64,000 nt of DNA from Sphaerodactylus townsendi (lineage: Eukaryota): positions 20,770,001 to 20,834,000 of the forward strand of contig NC_059439.1 of assembly GCF_021028975.2 (NCBI RefSeq), given 5' to 3'. The position numbers were made by a program, and so were the translations under genes. Below are positions 12,861-25,846 of this stretch, piece by piece. A model generated the notes under the pieces. That model saw only the letters and a program-made list of their open reading frames with translations, did no database searches and had not been told where the DNA came from. How positions within the stretch are numbered: position 1 is the first letter of the stretch; every line of letters starts with the position of its first letter.

Positions 12861-14959
12861 ATCCTTTCTTCCTCATAGCACCCAAGCTGGGTTGTTGGAG
12901 CCCTCTCCCCAATATTACCCTAATTATGCACGTTTCATGCCATTCAGTCCTACATTTGTTGTGATGCCTTTTTGCTTCTTTCTGTCCATTTCCTGTTTCT
13001 CACAAGAGAGGGAAGCAGAGACAATGTTGAATCAGGATAGCTTGGTAATTATAATTGTGTTTCCGTTTGTTTTTAATTAATTATTACCACCAGAAAAGAA
13101 ATAGAAAATATAAAAACAATGGTTACAAGTCTAAACATAAACTTCTATAAAAGGTTTCCAAATAACTAAAAATATATCCACACTTAATTGTCATCTATAT
13201 GCTGTGCATTCAGATATGGGTGATGTTGCAGGGTCCTCAATCCACTGGAATATGCAAGGCGTGCATTTATCTCTTCAGTGTTATGATATAAGTCTTTTAT
13301 CAACAGTGGACACAAAGGGCCCCTTTTCGTTGATGATCAGTTAACCTCCAGGAGTCAAGCAAATGGTTTAAAAGTATGTAAGTAAGCTCAATGCCTATTC
13401 TAATACAAAATTGATATAATTATTTCCTCCCAAAAAGGTTGAATAATTGAATGGGCACAAAGCATATGTTTAATAGATATGTCTTGTAAGTGACCATAAT
13501 AGCAATTAGACTCTTTACTTACTCCTTTATTAAAAGGTGGGCTGGTGTCCAGTATATCCTAAATGTCATTTTTGTTGAGTAAGTAGTAACTTAGGATCCG
13601 TACAACAGATACATTATTCTACTGACTGTAATGTTGGACAGGAAGCAAGGATTTAGGGAGACATGGTCCAAATCTTACATAGTCCAGAAGTTCTCTCAGA
13701 TTAATCATATTCCTAAATTATCTTTGATTGTTGAAAAGATCATAACTGGGGAAACTCCAGTTATGCTATTTTTGCTTCCTAAATGAACAATGGGAGACAA
13801 ATGTAAGTAGAGAGGGGAAATGAAATGTTTGAATTTTAATCCCCAAATCCGTTAAAAATTACATGTGTCAATCTTCTGAATGATTAAAAGTGCAGTCCTT
13901 AGGACCGTGTGTGTGTTCTGTTGCTTTGATTATGGTGTGCTTGCGTACCCTTATTATCCCTAAATACATTTGTTTATTTGTTTTGTTTTTAAATTTGTTT
14001 ATTTATTTTGCTCTCCTGTAGATTTCTTGCAAAAGTTGATCTTTGTATACATAGGCAACAAAGATCTCAAGCTTGCCTTTTGCTAAACCAAGTGTCTGCA
14101 TTTGCTAATTCCCCACTCTAAAAGGATCAGACTCCTACCATTTCAGGTAACACTGTAACCCTCACTTCAGCCTAGAGCAGGGGAAACTAGTGATGTTTCT
14201 TCAAGTATATCAGCTGAATTGGGCCCTATCTCTTTTTGTTTGCTTTTATTGATTTTGCTGGACACCTGATAATTGACCATATACAGGGCTTTCTTCTGTG
14301 ACAACTACCTACTTGCCAGTGCCTTCTGGCAACTTCCTTTTCACTGGATCAAAATTTTCTCTCTCTTTCATGTGGCATCCCAGAGGTCAAATTTTAGTTC
14401 TTTCCTACTATTTCAACATGCCAATGAATGCGCTGTAAGCTTCCAGTTGCCCATTTTAATAAAATTCATGATAATGGAATTGCAGCCATTAGTTTTTGTT
14501 AAGTAAAGTTGACATTTTGTGAATGCAGGTGGAGGGTTCCCTGCAGCTATTGAGACCCAAAATCTGTTTTCCTGTACATACTGAAAATGCTGTTTATTGT
14601 AACTCTAAAATAAGTAATTATAGAATATATAAATGCAGAGGATAGCACTATTATAGGTCACATTGAGGTGCTGAAGAAAATAAGTTTTACTATGGGGTGC
14701 TGTGTGGTTTCCAGCCTGTATGGCCATGTTCTAGCAGCATTCACAGCACCCTAGTGATTCCGGCCGTGAAAGCCTTCAACAATACATAAGTTTCACTATG
14801 TTTCACTTCTTTTGTTGTTCAGGATTAGGTTTTGGAAATTTTAGCAGTCTTCATTAATGCTGACCTCATCTCTCCATCACTAAAACGTGCGAAGTCTTGG
14901 AACAGAATTCCACAACTGTGCAGCAGAAGGGTTATCACTGAAGCACTGTGAGGTGAGAG

Positions 14960-15123
14960 NNNNNNNNNNNNNNNNNNNNNNNNNNNNNNNNNNNNNNNNN
15001 NNNNNNNNNNNNNNNNNNNNNNNNNNNNNNNNNNNNNNNNNNNNNNNNNNNNNNNNNNNNNNNNNNNNNNNNNNNNNNNNNNNNNNNNNNNNNNNNNNNN
15101 NNNNNNNNNNNNNNNNNNNNNNN
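14960..15123. other. Assembly gap (others at 17346-17494, 21399-21557, 27721-27923)
   Basis: Runs of N. Confidence 0.99.
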
Positions 15124-16183
15124 CTAGTCATGTCTACTCACTGGTAAACTCCACTAACATTAGTGAGTCTTTTCCCAGGTTAGCAGCACAGAACTGCTGC
15201 CAAAGTACAACACCACCATTCTCTTAATAGGTGGCTTTTAACCTGTCCCAGTATAACTACTGAGGCTGTCAAAGGCAGGTGGGGGTCATTTATACCTTTT
15301 CTCACTTGCTGTTTCTCTATGAAAAATCATGATATCAGATGGAAAAAGATAAGGTACAGAATGCTGTGGCCAGAATGTTTACTGCAGTGGATCATAAGAA
15401 CCATATTCTAGTCTAGTTCTGTCTACACTGACTCCCCATTTGCTTCCAGATTCAATTCAATTTGGTGCTGGTATTATCCTTCAAAGCCCTACAGGTTTGG
15501 GGCCACAATACCTTAAAGACCACCTCCCATATGAACCTACCTATCAGCTCTAGTAATTTTCAGAGGCTCTGTTTCAGGTGCCCCTGCCATCACACACTAG
15601 CCTTTTCTTTAATGACATTTGTGCCAAAATGGCCTGAAAAATACCAAGAAAATCAGCATTATTTGGGATCCACATTTCAGCTCCTTTTGTATCACTGACA
15701 TTTTTGGGGAGAAAAAAACCCCAAAACATCAGTAAGGTTTTTTTTGGGGGGGGGAGGTTGGTTCAACTCTGTCAATACAAAACCCTCTTTTCCCAGAGAG
15801 ATTTGTTTTTTTCTTCTGTCATTGTCTTCTACCAGTGTGTGAAGACATTTTTGTTTCATTTCGCATAATGAAATAATCATGATTGGTTCTCCTTCTCGGC
15901 TTTGGTGTTGGCTGTTTATCTTTATGTCCATATCAATATGTATATCTATATTTATATATAGCTAAATTATATATAGCTAAATTATTTTACATATTATTTT
16001 AAATCCTGTTATGATTTTCAGATGCTTTAATATGCTTATCTTCACTACCTTGTGCACCCTATTTGGGTGGGAAAGTGGCATAAACAGGTTTTGAATAAAA
16101 TAAATAAATGATACTAGTGTGCAAACACAAAACATGGTCTTCATGGAGGCAAGACTCACATGTCTATCTCTTCTCTTTCCCAG

Positions 16184-17152
16184 ATGGATCTTGGGCAAGC
16201 CAACTACAAGCAAAACCACAGCACTGTTCAAGAGTTCATCTTAGTAGGATACCAAGCTTATCCTGTCTTCCTCTTCACCATCTTCCTGGCCACGTATTCA
16301 GCAATAGTACTAGGGAATGGTCTGATTGTGATAGTGACAACACTGGACCCTTCCTTACACACTCCCATGTACTTCTTCCTGCGTAGCCTGTCAGGACTAG
16401 AGATGTGTTACACTTCAGTCACCCTTCCTAAGATGATGGCCAATCTGATGTCTGGGGATCGTTCCATTTCCATGGCTGCTTGTGCCTCACAGATGTTTTT
16501 CCTGCTCTTCCTGGGTGGGACAGAATGCTTCCTGCTGTCAGCCATGGCCTATGACCGCTACCTTGCCATTTGTCAGCCTCTCCACTATATGACAATCATG
16601 AGCCACAGAGTGTGTGTAGGCATGGTGGCGGGCTCATTTGTCATCAGCCTCCCTATGCAGTTGTTCCAAATTGGAATTATCTTCTCTTTACCCTTCTGTG
16701 GATCCAACGAGATTGATCATTTCTTCTGTGATATCCCACCAGTCCTCAGCTTGGCATGTGCTGACCTTTATTCCAATGAAATGACTGTGTACGCTGAATC
16801 TATCATCTTTGTTATCATCCCTTTTCTCCTCATTTTGGCTTCTTATGTGCAAATCACCAAGGCCATACTGCGCATGCCATCAGCCACAGGACGCCAGAAA
16901 ACCTTTTCCACATGCTCATCCCACCTGACAGTGGTCATTCTCTTTTACGGCTCTGCAATGGTTGTGTACCTGCGTCCCAAAACCCCAGAGTCTGTGAAGG
17001 CTAACAAGTTGCTGTCCTTGCTATACACCATTATCATTCCCCTTTGCAACCCTCTTATTTACACCCTGAGAAACCGGGAGGTAAAGACTGCCTTCAGAAG
17101 GCTAATAGTAAGGAAAAGATCTTTGGAAGTGGGAACAGGAATGATGGGCTGA
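16184..17152 (+). CDS. Olfactory receptor OR-1 (class II, family 10-like), 322 aa, intact
   Basis: Motifs LHTPMYFFL, MAYDRYLAIC.PLHY, HFFCDIPPVL.LAC, KTFSTCSSHL, PLCNPLIYTLRN; N-glycosylation site NHS. The ATG at 16184 directly follows a polypyrimidine-cag acceptor, so the ORF-track ATG at 16160 is probably intronic. Confidence 0.95.
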   Translation: MDLGQANYKQNHSTVQEFILVGYQAYPVFLFTIFLATYSAIVLGNGLIVIVTTLDPSLHTPMYFFLRSLSGLEMCYTSVTLPKMMANLMSGDRSISMAACASQMFFLLFLGGTECFLLSAMAYDRYLAICQPLHYMTIMSHRVCVGMVAGSFVISLPMQLFQIGIIFSLPFCGSNEIDHFFCDIPPVLSLACADLYSNEMTVYAESIIFVIIPFLLILASYVQITKAILRMPSATGRQKTFSTCSSHLTVVILFYGSAMVVYLRPKTPESVKANKLLSLLYTIIIPLCNPLIYTLRNREVKTAFRRLIVRKRSLEVGTGMMG

Positions 17153-18789
17153 GTTCACCTTTTGAATTTCACGCAAGCCATTGCCAGCAGCATGTTTAAA
17201 ACTTCCTTTTCCCAATACTGAAAGTCCTAAAGGCCAGTCAATATGGCTGCTTCTGCTAAACTAGCAGGCATTGTCATCTAGGGATGGGATGGAATTTATC
17301 ATCTCTCCTGCAGGAGAGAAAGGGGTGATATAAATCCAAACTCCTNNNNNNNNNNNNNNNNNNNNNNNNNNNNNNNNNNNNNNNNNNNNNNNNNNNNNNN
17401 NNNNNNNNNNNNNNNNNNNNNNNNNNNNNNNNNNNNNNNNNNNNNNNNNNNNNNNNNNNNNNNNNNNNNNNNNNNNNNNNNNNNNNNNNNNNNNATTCAG
17501 GTGTGTTGGAGACCTCCAAAGATTTCAGAGGCTCAAATTGCATCCTGGACTGAAAAGCAGACTAAATGAGACATGGAGAGGGGTCTTTCTACATTTACTT
17601 CACTCTAGATATACGAGAGAGGTCCTTTAACAGGCTGTTTCTCAAAGACTTATACAAGAACTTGAGATTATATAGATTACATGGACAGTGTGCATTTTAA
17701 AGCCAACCCCTTAAAATCTGTAGATAGCTTAAGGATTAATTTTCACTTATTTATTCAAGTCTGTGGTTACGGTAACCTTTTCAGCTTGTCATGATCATTT
17801 TCCTTAGGGCATGTTGCTCCATAGTCCACTTGTTCAGTAGAACTTAATCAAAGCAAACAGGGGTCTAGCAGCAGTGACCCTTGGACTGGCAAATATGCCT
17901 TGCAGGCTCAACTTTAAAGGGGATTGGTAGGGTTAAATGTGGTGACCCCAACAACACACAGGACTCAGAATAGATTGCTGAATTAAAATGCCCAAAATTG
18001 TATTGGTTACAGCAGCTATCAGAACCTTGGCACAGCATGGAGCAATGGATCCAGTTATCCTTGTTGGTCAATATACCCTTCTGCCTTGCTCCAGCCCACC
18101 TGCTGGGCAAGGGGGAGATCATGTCAGATGGCAAATTGATGGAGTTCACATGGACTCCAGCCACTACATGGTCTTCCCTGCCACTTGGGGTGAGGGTACC
18201 TTGACAGCCCTCCCAGCTGGGCATGTCCCCAAAGTACTCACCCAATCCCTTAAGGAGATCCCCAAAGATGAAAAAGGGGCATGCAGGCTACTCCCCCCAT
18301 AAGTGAACTCCATGCTGATACCATCAAGTTGTGACATGAAAATTAGGTAATAACTGTTAAATTCTCCAACAATTGCAATCATTGAGCTCTTGGATCTCCC
18401 TTACATTAAGTCAAACCATTCATCTGTCCAGTGCAGCATTATCTGTCTGAATGGCAGTGACTCCTCAGAGTCTCAGAGATTGTTGACATCACCTGGTATT
18501 TTATCCTTTTAACTGGAGCTGTTGGAGATTGAACCTGGGACCACCTGCATTCAACATCAATCATCACTGTTGATTATAGTAGGATTTATAGTAGAAAACA
18601 GATGATCTTTCTCTAAAGAATAGCTGAGCTCTGACTCAAAAAGCGATTATTTAAAATGCCTCAAATATCCACTACTCTCAGCTCCAAAGAAAACTCATCC
18701 ATGTAAGACTACTTCTGGGAACTCTCATAGTTTGAATAAAAACTCTCATAGTTTGAATAAATGGGGAACACACAACAATAATGTGTGTG

Positions 18790-19080
18790 TCAAGTGTTGT
18801 TAAATCAATTCAAACACAATAAATCAATCTTCTCCAAAACATTCTATCATTAACAACCTTCCTCAAGTCTTGCAGACTGAGGGCCAGGCTTCCTTTATAG
18901 ATTCAATCCAGCTCACATGGGGCCGTCTTCTTTTCCTGCTGTTTTTCAACTTTTCCTAGCATTATTGTCCTTTCCAGTTACTATTTTCTTCTCATAATGT
19001 GACCACAATATGATAGTCTCAGTTTAATCATTTTAGCTTCTAGGGAGAGTTCAGGCTTGATTCGATCTAAAACCCACTGT
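18790..19080 (-). mobile_element. Old RTE-clade LINE 3' fragment (also ~30005-30190)
   Basis: Shared degenerate sequence between both sites encoding a YFGHIMR..GRPH..WI-like RTE C-terminus. Confidence 0.55.
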
Positions 19081-19764
19081 TAGTAACTAATTAATATATC
19101 TCATTCTCAATATGGTCAAATTTGCATGCACTTAAATTCAGAGACTGGAGCCATGACACCTCGGGTTATTATAAAATGCATATGTAAAGGCTCAATGTTA
19201 TTTATTTACTTATTTTAATATTAGGAAAATTTAATTGTCCTGTTGTTTTAATTACTAATTCTCCAGAGCCTGAGGAATGGATATATCCTTTTAGCAAATA
19301 GAACTAAATCAGGAAGTGCCAGATATTTCCTGGCGTTGGATCTTAAATATAGTCAAATGGTATCTGTTTTACAAATTTGTCTTTGAATTGAATGGCTAAA
19401 CCCTTTTAATCCATTTTATATTTTTACAAATGAACTGTCAAGTTGGAAAGCAAAATCCACAGATGTAACATATGATTTTAAATTTAATAATTTAATAATA
19501 GTGTATAATCACTGTCTAATACCTAATGCCAATAAAGGTTATTGTGACTGTAATTGTGATTGTGGGACTGGAGCCATGAATGGACAAGACAAATCTTTTC
19601 ACAAACCTGAAAGTTACCCCAGCTTTGCAGAAAAATCTGAACTCCATTTTGGAAGGTTAACCCCCCTACCCAAGTATGAAAGAAGCCCCCTGCAGCATTA
19701 AAAATGGATGCCTTCAAAGTATGTTGCTAGGCAAGGACAGCAGTGTCACCAGACTTTGAGCCTT

Positions 19765-20300
19765 TTTAAAAAAAAATATTTATTATTAAACTTATATACC
19801 GCCCTCCCCCGAAGGGCTCAGGGTGGTTCACAACAAGCAAACAAAACAAACAGGCAAATAAACAGACAAATACCGTACACTTAGTACTGGTCCACATTAA
19901 AATACGGTGCTCAAATTATAATATACCATTTCAAAACAACAGATGGCGTCTAACAGCAAAAACTCCTCTGGGGGACAGCAGGGCCCCAGCTGTTAAAGCC
20001 CGATGGAATAGCTCAGTCTTACAGGCCCTGCGGAACTCATTAAGGTCCCGCCGGGCCCGGACAGCTGGAGGAAGAGTGTTCCACCAGGCAGGGGCCAGGG
20101 CCGTAAAATCCCTGGCCCAAGCGGAAGCCAGCTGCATCATGGTGGGGCCGGGGACCACCAGAAAATTGGCCTCTGCCAAACGTAGAGGCCGAATTGGGAC
20201 ATATGGGGCCAGATGGTCCCGTAGGTACGAGGGTCCCAGACCTTAAAGGTTAACACCAATACCTTGAAAACAGTTTGGAACTCAACTGGGAGCCAGTGGT
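19765..20300 (-). mobile_element. L2-like LINE 3' fragment
   Basis: FTALAPAWWNTLP..FRRACKTELF C-terminal motif plus 3' UTR/tail. Similar fragment at ~54390-54897. Confidence 0.75.
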
Positions 20301-20487
20301 GTCTGACAGTAAAAAAACAAGTGGGGGGGGATGGCCCTTTCTAGGGCTGTTTTGATCTGTGAGGGAATTAAGTATGGCAGCCTGTAAATCATTCAGAGGT
20401 AGGTTTTGCCCAAACTCAAAGATGTTGAGTTTCTGTGAAACTGAAAGGCCAGCAACACCCTAAGGCTGGTCTTGGCCACCTGCCCAT

Positions 20488-20795
20488 TCTTCCCTCCCAT
20501 TTGAATAATCTTACTTTAAAAATATTTCTCTATTATTTTATCCAAGCAATCCTATTTTCCCCACTGGGACCTAGCACTCCAGAGTTATTGTTGAAGAAGA
20601 AAGCTAACAATGCCCTTTGGTGGCTGAGTTAGTAAGCAACTGTTGTATATGAACAGTCTCTCCAACAAAGAGCGGGGGAAACCACTGTTTCACATGATAA
20701 AGGCCGAGTTCTGCCTGATACACATTGGCAAGAAAACTACAGGAGCTCGCGTGGACCTATGTGTCACAATGATTCCATTCTAAAAAAGGTAAAGT
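20488..20795 (+). promoter_or_regulatory. Putative promoter and non-coding first exon of OR-2 (donor after 20788)
   Basis: Paralog of 12552-12860; ends in aag|gtaaag donor. Confidence 0.6.
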
Positions 20796-21557
20796 TCTTT
20801 CTTTCTCTCCTCCCCCCCATGCATCTGTCTCATGACATTCAGTATGATATCAATGTCAACTGTGTGTTGCACTTTGAGGTTTCTCTGAAAATTCCCAGTG
20901 TTGAGCCAGACTAGACTAGCAGCTGTAACACTGCACATTTATTTCCAGAACACCTAAGCACAAATCTCACTTAGCCCTGAAGTTCAGAGGTTGATTTTGG
21001 ACTAGCTATCGGCCTGAGTTGTCTCACAGGATTTCTGTAAGGATCATTAATGCTGAGCTTCTTGGACAAATGGGTGGGATAGAAATGTCAGCAGAGGAGA
21101 AAAATGAAGATTCTGAGTTTTAATCTGCTCCTGTCCTGTTAAAGAACAAGCCAGTCTTTAAAGGAATTTCTATCATTGCAAATTATTTGATTTCATTTAT
21201 TTTGTCCCATGAATGGATGTTATCAAATTTAATGTATAATTGACTGAGAAATTGTACCAGCCTCATTGCAACAGGTAAAGAAATGAGTACTTGGGATTAA
21301 ATTTTATTTGAAATCAATGGTTTATTCCTGAATAAGCATGCATGAGACTGGGATTCATGACAACAGTGCATTTTATCTTGTCAGGCTAATATAAATCCNN
21401 NNNNNNNNNNNNNNNNNNNNNNNNNNNNNNNNNNNNNNNNNNNNNNNNNNNNNNNNNNNNNNNNNNNNNNNNNNNNNNNNNNNNNNNNNNNNNNNNNNNN
21501 NNNNNNNNNNNNNNNNNNNNNNNNNNNNNNNNNNNNNNNNNNNNNNNNNNNNNNNNN

Positions 21558-21945
21558 CAGATTTTAATACAGATTTCTGAACTACATGCTTCATCTTCAA
21601 GCACATATTTCTCTACCAGGTAGTTTAATATCAGGCAGTGATCCATAGTTGAACGGCCTTTACGAAAGCCAGCCTGTTCATCCTCCAATAGTTTTTCTCT
21701 ATTCAGCCATTCAAGTAGTTTTATACACAGATATTTAGTATTTAGTATATAGTTTGCTTGCAACACTAAGTAAGCTAATTGGTCTGTAATTAGCTGGATT
21801 TGATGATAAGCCTTTTTTAAAAATAGGGACTATAATTGCAGCACTCCAATCAGATGGAATACAGGCGGTGCTATTGATATGAGTAAAAAGCTCAGCCAAA
21901 ACTGGGGGCCACCATTCTACATTAGTTTTCAGTAATTCTGGTCTT
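21558..21945 (-). mobile_element. Non-LTR retrotransposon RT fragment (RTE/RTE-X-like)
   Basis: PIFKKG..NYRPISLLS..EQAGFRKGRSTMDHCLIL motifs. Confidence 0.8.
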
Positions 21946-22016
21946 CATCTTCAAAGTAATTCCCACAGCACTTCAATTTTATTTATTTTTAATAACTCGG
22001 TTTTATAAGAGGGTAC

Positions 22017-22338
22017 TCAGAATGGCACAGTGAATTAGAGTAACAAACTATAATCTGGAGAACAAGGTTTGATTCCCCAGTACTCCATTTGAGTGGCAGG
22101 CTTTTAGCTGGTGAGCTGGGTTTGTTTCCCTGATCCTCCACAAGAAACCTGCTGGGTTTCCACAGGGTAGTCACAGTTCTTTCAGAACTCTCTCAGCCCC
22201 ACCTACCTAACAAGATGCTTGTTGTTGGGAGTAGAAGGGAGACTCCTTGAAGGTAGAGAAAAGTGGGGTATAAAAACCAATTCTTTGAGACGCCTTAAAG
22301 GTAGAGAAAAGTGGGGTATAAAAACCAATTCTTCTTCC
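22017..22338 (+). mobile_element. tRNA-derived SINE (Squam3-like), duplicated 3' end
   Basis: Same core; (TTC) tail. Confidence 0.75.
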
Positions 22339-23122
22339 TACTGTAGAATCTAGATTAAATTCAGCTATGAGAAAACCTACATTCTGCTGTAGGAGAACAG
22401 AATTTGAATTTACAAAACGTACTTCATTGACAGTATCCTTGATCCCATAGTTTAAGGCTTCTGGCGTTTAACAGTTTAACTTGCATACATACCAGTAATG
22501 CCAGAATGGGGAACAAAAACGTTTAAAATCTAGAACTGCCATGGGGAAGAGGAATAGGAATGTCAACAATGTTATTGGCTCTGCTTTTCCAGGAGCAATT
22601 CTAAGTCCCATTTCATTCTATAGCACTTACTCCCAGGTGGGAATTCATAGGATTTAACCCTTCAGGGATGGGGCGGTATATTAAATCAAATAAATAATAT
22701 TTTTTAAAAAAAACCAGTGCTGCAGTTCCTGTGCCAATCCTGCTAAGCCATATGCAGTGCAATCCTAAAACTTGTCAGACTGATACACAGAAGTAAATCT
22801 CAATGAGTTCATTGGATTAGTTTCAGGAAACGTAATGTGAGGAATGTCACCTAGGATCTAGCAGCATAAAAGCCAGCACATTTTCTGTGTGGATTAGAAG
22901 TGCCAGGTGAGGAAGAAAGCCACTTTCTGAAACTCACAATGGAATGTGGAGAGAAAGTGAGAGATTGGGTGCTATCAGGCAGGAGTAGAAATCACACCAG
23001 CCTCGTTCTAGTTTCTGAGCCTTTAGAATAAGCTATTCACACATTCTCAGGTCTTTTCCGGTAACCACTACATACTAGAACATATTTCCATTTGATAAAA
23101 ACTCAGGTTCCTCAGTATTTTG

Positions 23123-23274
23123 AGGGCACTTTCACACATGCAGAATAATGCACTCTCAATCCACTTCCATTGCACTTTGCAGCTGGAATTTACTGTGCGG
23201 AATAGCAAAATCCACTTGAAATTAATTGTGAAAGTGCATTGAAAGTGCATTATTCCGTATCTGCAAAAGTGCCC
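23123..23274. mobile_element. Palindromic Harbinger-like MITE (family also at 39240-39378 and 53969-54110)
   Basis: cacatgcagaataatgcact...agtgcattattc inverted arms. Confidence 0.75.
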
Positions 23275-23785
23275 TTAGTTAAGGATAGTTACAACATCTG
23301 ATCTAGCAATGCACAGCTCCCCTATATAGGCTGCCTGGAACTCTGACTTGCATATTGGTACAAATGAATTGTAGGATCCTTGTAGGATTACATGGGAGTA
23401 ATATGTATCTATTTTTTTCCTTTTCTCTTTGGTTGTATTTCACATATTGGTCGCCGCATCTCAAAAAGGATATTGAGGATTATTGATTATTGAAGGATTA
23501 TAAACATAGCGTTATAAACAAGAAAATCAATAATCATGCTATGTTTATAATGTTGTTTATTGATGCTATGTTTATTGATGTTTTATTGCTTGACATTGTG
23601 ATTAATTATGTTTGCTATTATGCTGTTGTTGTTCACCACCCTGAGCCCTTCTGGGGAGGGTGGTATACAAATTGAACAATACAACACAACACAACACAAT
23701 ACAATACAATAGTTGGACTCAGTATAAGGAAGATTCATATGTTCATTAAGCTGTAATATGCCATAGTGTTCATATGAGCTATTGG

Positions 23786-23921
23786 CAGTGGTGGGATTCA
23801 GCCGGTTCGCACCACTTCGGCAGAACTGGTTGTTAAAATGGTGCTTGTAAACAACCAGTTGTTAAATTATTTGAATCCTACCACCGGAACCGGTTGTTAA
23901 ATTATTTGAATCCAACCACTG
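23786..23921. mobile_element. hAT MITE (CAGTGGTGGGATTC termini)
   Basis: Inverted termini; perfect 8-bp TSD gctattgg. Confidence 0.85.
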
Positions 23922-23947
23922 GCTATTGGTATGCCAGTAGCCTGCAC

Positions 23948-24015
23948 CATTCATTCATTCATTCATTCATTCATTCATTCATTCATTCATTCATTCATTC
24001 ATTCATTCATTCATT
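23948..24015. repeat. (CATT)n microsatellite
   Basis: About 17 units abutting a CR1 5' truncation. Confidence 0.97.
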
Positions 24016-24463
24016 GTTGACAGAGAGAAATTTTTCTCTCTTTCTCACAATACTAGAACCAGGGGTCATTCATTGAAAATGCTGGGGGGAAGAATTAGGA
24101 CTAATAAAAGGAAACACTTCTTCACACAACGTGTGATTGGTGTTTGGAATATGCTGCCACAGAAGGTGGTGATGGCCACTAACCTGGATAGCTTTAAAAG
24201 GGGCTTGGACAGATGTATGGAGGAGAAGTCGATCTATGGCTACCAATCTTGATCCTCTTTAATCTGAGATTGCAAATGCCTTAACAGACCAGGAGCTCGG
24301 GAGCAACAGCCGCAGAAGGCCATTGTGTTCACATCCTGCATGTGAGCTCCCAAAGGCACCTGGTGAGCCACTGCGAGTAGCAGAGAGCTGGACTAGATGG
24401 ACTCTGGTCTGATCCAGCTGGCTTGTTCTTATGTTCCTATGTTCTTATGTTCTTATGTTCTTA
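24013..24463 (+). mobile_element. CR1 LINE 3' fragment
   Basis: Same 3' end and (TTCTTATG)n tail. Confidence 0.9.
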
Positions 24464-25846
24464 TTGATTGAATAAAGTTTTTTTAATGTAGAAGAAATGT
24501 AAGTCGATTATGAGGCATGCAAAAAAGAAAATTTGAGGAGCATGTTGCTAAAAGCATCCAGACAAACAATAAACATCCTGTAACAACTTGTGAACAGGGT
24601 GTGTGAAAACAGTGAATATGGAAGGATGCAGAATCCCCAATTGTGGCTATGGAGATCCATGAAATCCCAAAAGAGAATGTCTTTAGATTTCCACCTCTAT
24701 CTTAGATGTATTCACCCTAATCCACAGCTAATGTGTAGGTCTGGCAGTTACTGTCGATTCTTGGGTTTTCCTCCTTGACAGCTTTCCTGTTCATTTCACA
24801 GGAGGCACTTCACCCACATGTACATTTCTTTGCATGGGCAGATCTAGCAGTGGAATAAAATTAATAAGGTCGCCTACCCCTTAGCAGTTCCGTATGCATG
24901 TTTTTGTGTCCATGGAATTCTGGTCATTGAAGCAGGTGTCACAGATACCAATGGATTGGAATGTTACCTGTACACCTGCAAACTGAGATCAGAAGTCCCT
25001 CTGATCTGATAGAGGAAATCGTATTCCTGCCTTTTGTCATTTTTGACACCCTTGACTTATGAGTCTGAGGTAACCAATGCATGTTATGTCAACTTGCGTA
25101 TATGCAAAGAAAAATAGTCCCTACATGATTAGGTTCAGCTAATCTGCAGGGTGAGAAGAGGTGCTTTGAGTATGCCAAATTAGCCAGTGGTATAGGTGCA
25201 GGCCAAGATATTTCACCTGGAAGGAAAATAATGTGAAATGAAAGTGCTATCTTAGCATTTATTACTGATCTGCCACCCTGGTTCCAGTCCTCTCCTGCCT
25301 CCAAAGTGACTTTTTTGCCACCAAGTCATAGAGTTTTGAAGGCAGCAGATGTTCAGAGGTGGTTTGCCATTGCCTACCTTCACATGACACCCTTGGTATT
25401 CCTGGTAGGTCTCCTGCCCAAATACCTTCCCAGATTGAGGCTAAGAATGGGTGATAGATTCAAGGTCACCCAGCAAGTTTCCATGATAGAGGGAGTATCC
25501 AAACCTGGGTTTCCCAGATCCTAGTCTGACACTACACCATTATGGCTTACAACAATGTAAATCTAGTACACTCTTACATAACCGATGGTATCTCTATGGA
25601 ATCATTTCTGGTCTTCTAACAATTAATTTCTGATACCTGATTTCCAGTTCTTTCCAGAGGGCAGGACAGAGCTTCAGGTGAAATCAGAAATTAGGGGAAG
25701 ATAAAAATGCCAGTTTTATCAAAGCTGTAAGATGCTAGTATATAAGAGATGAATTTCTATTGAGCTGCAATTCACTCCCAGACCATTTCTATGGTCTGGG
25801 AGTGAAAACCATGTCTTAGACTCACATGCCTTTTGTACCTCTGCAG

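Noticed and set aside
14880-15147. ORFs containing long X runs (also near 17274, 21373, 27675)
   Set aside because: Artefacts of N-gaps.
16160-16183. ORF-track N-terminal extensions of both ORs (16160, 25826)
   Set aside because: They lie in the branch-point/polypyrimidine tract before a cag acceptor; true starts are probably 16184 and 25847.
17865-18382. Cluster of overlapping 70-126 aa ORFs downstream of OR-1
   Set aside because: No recognisable domain or splice structure; probably old repeat sequence.
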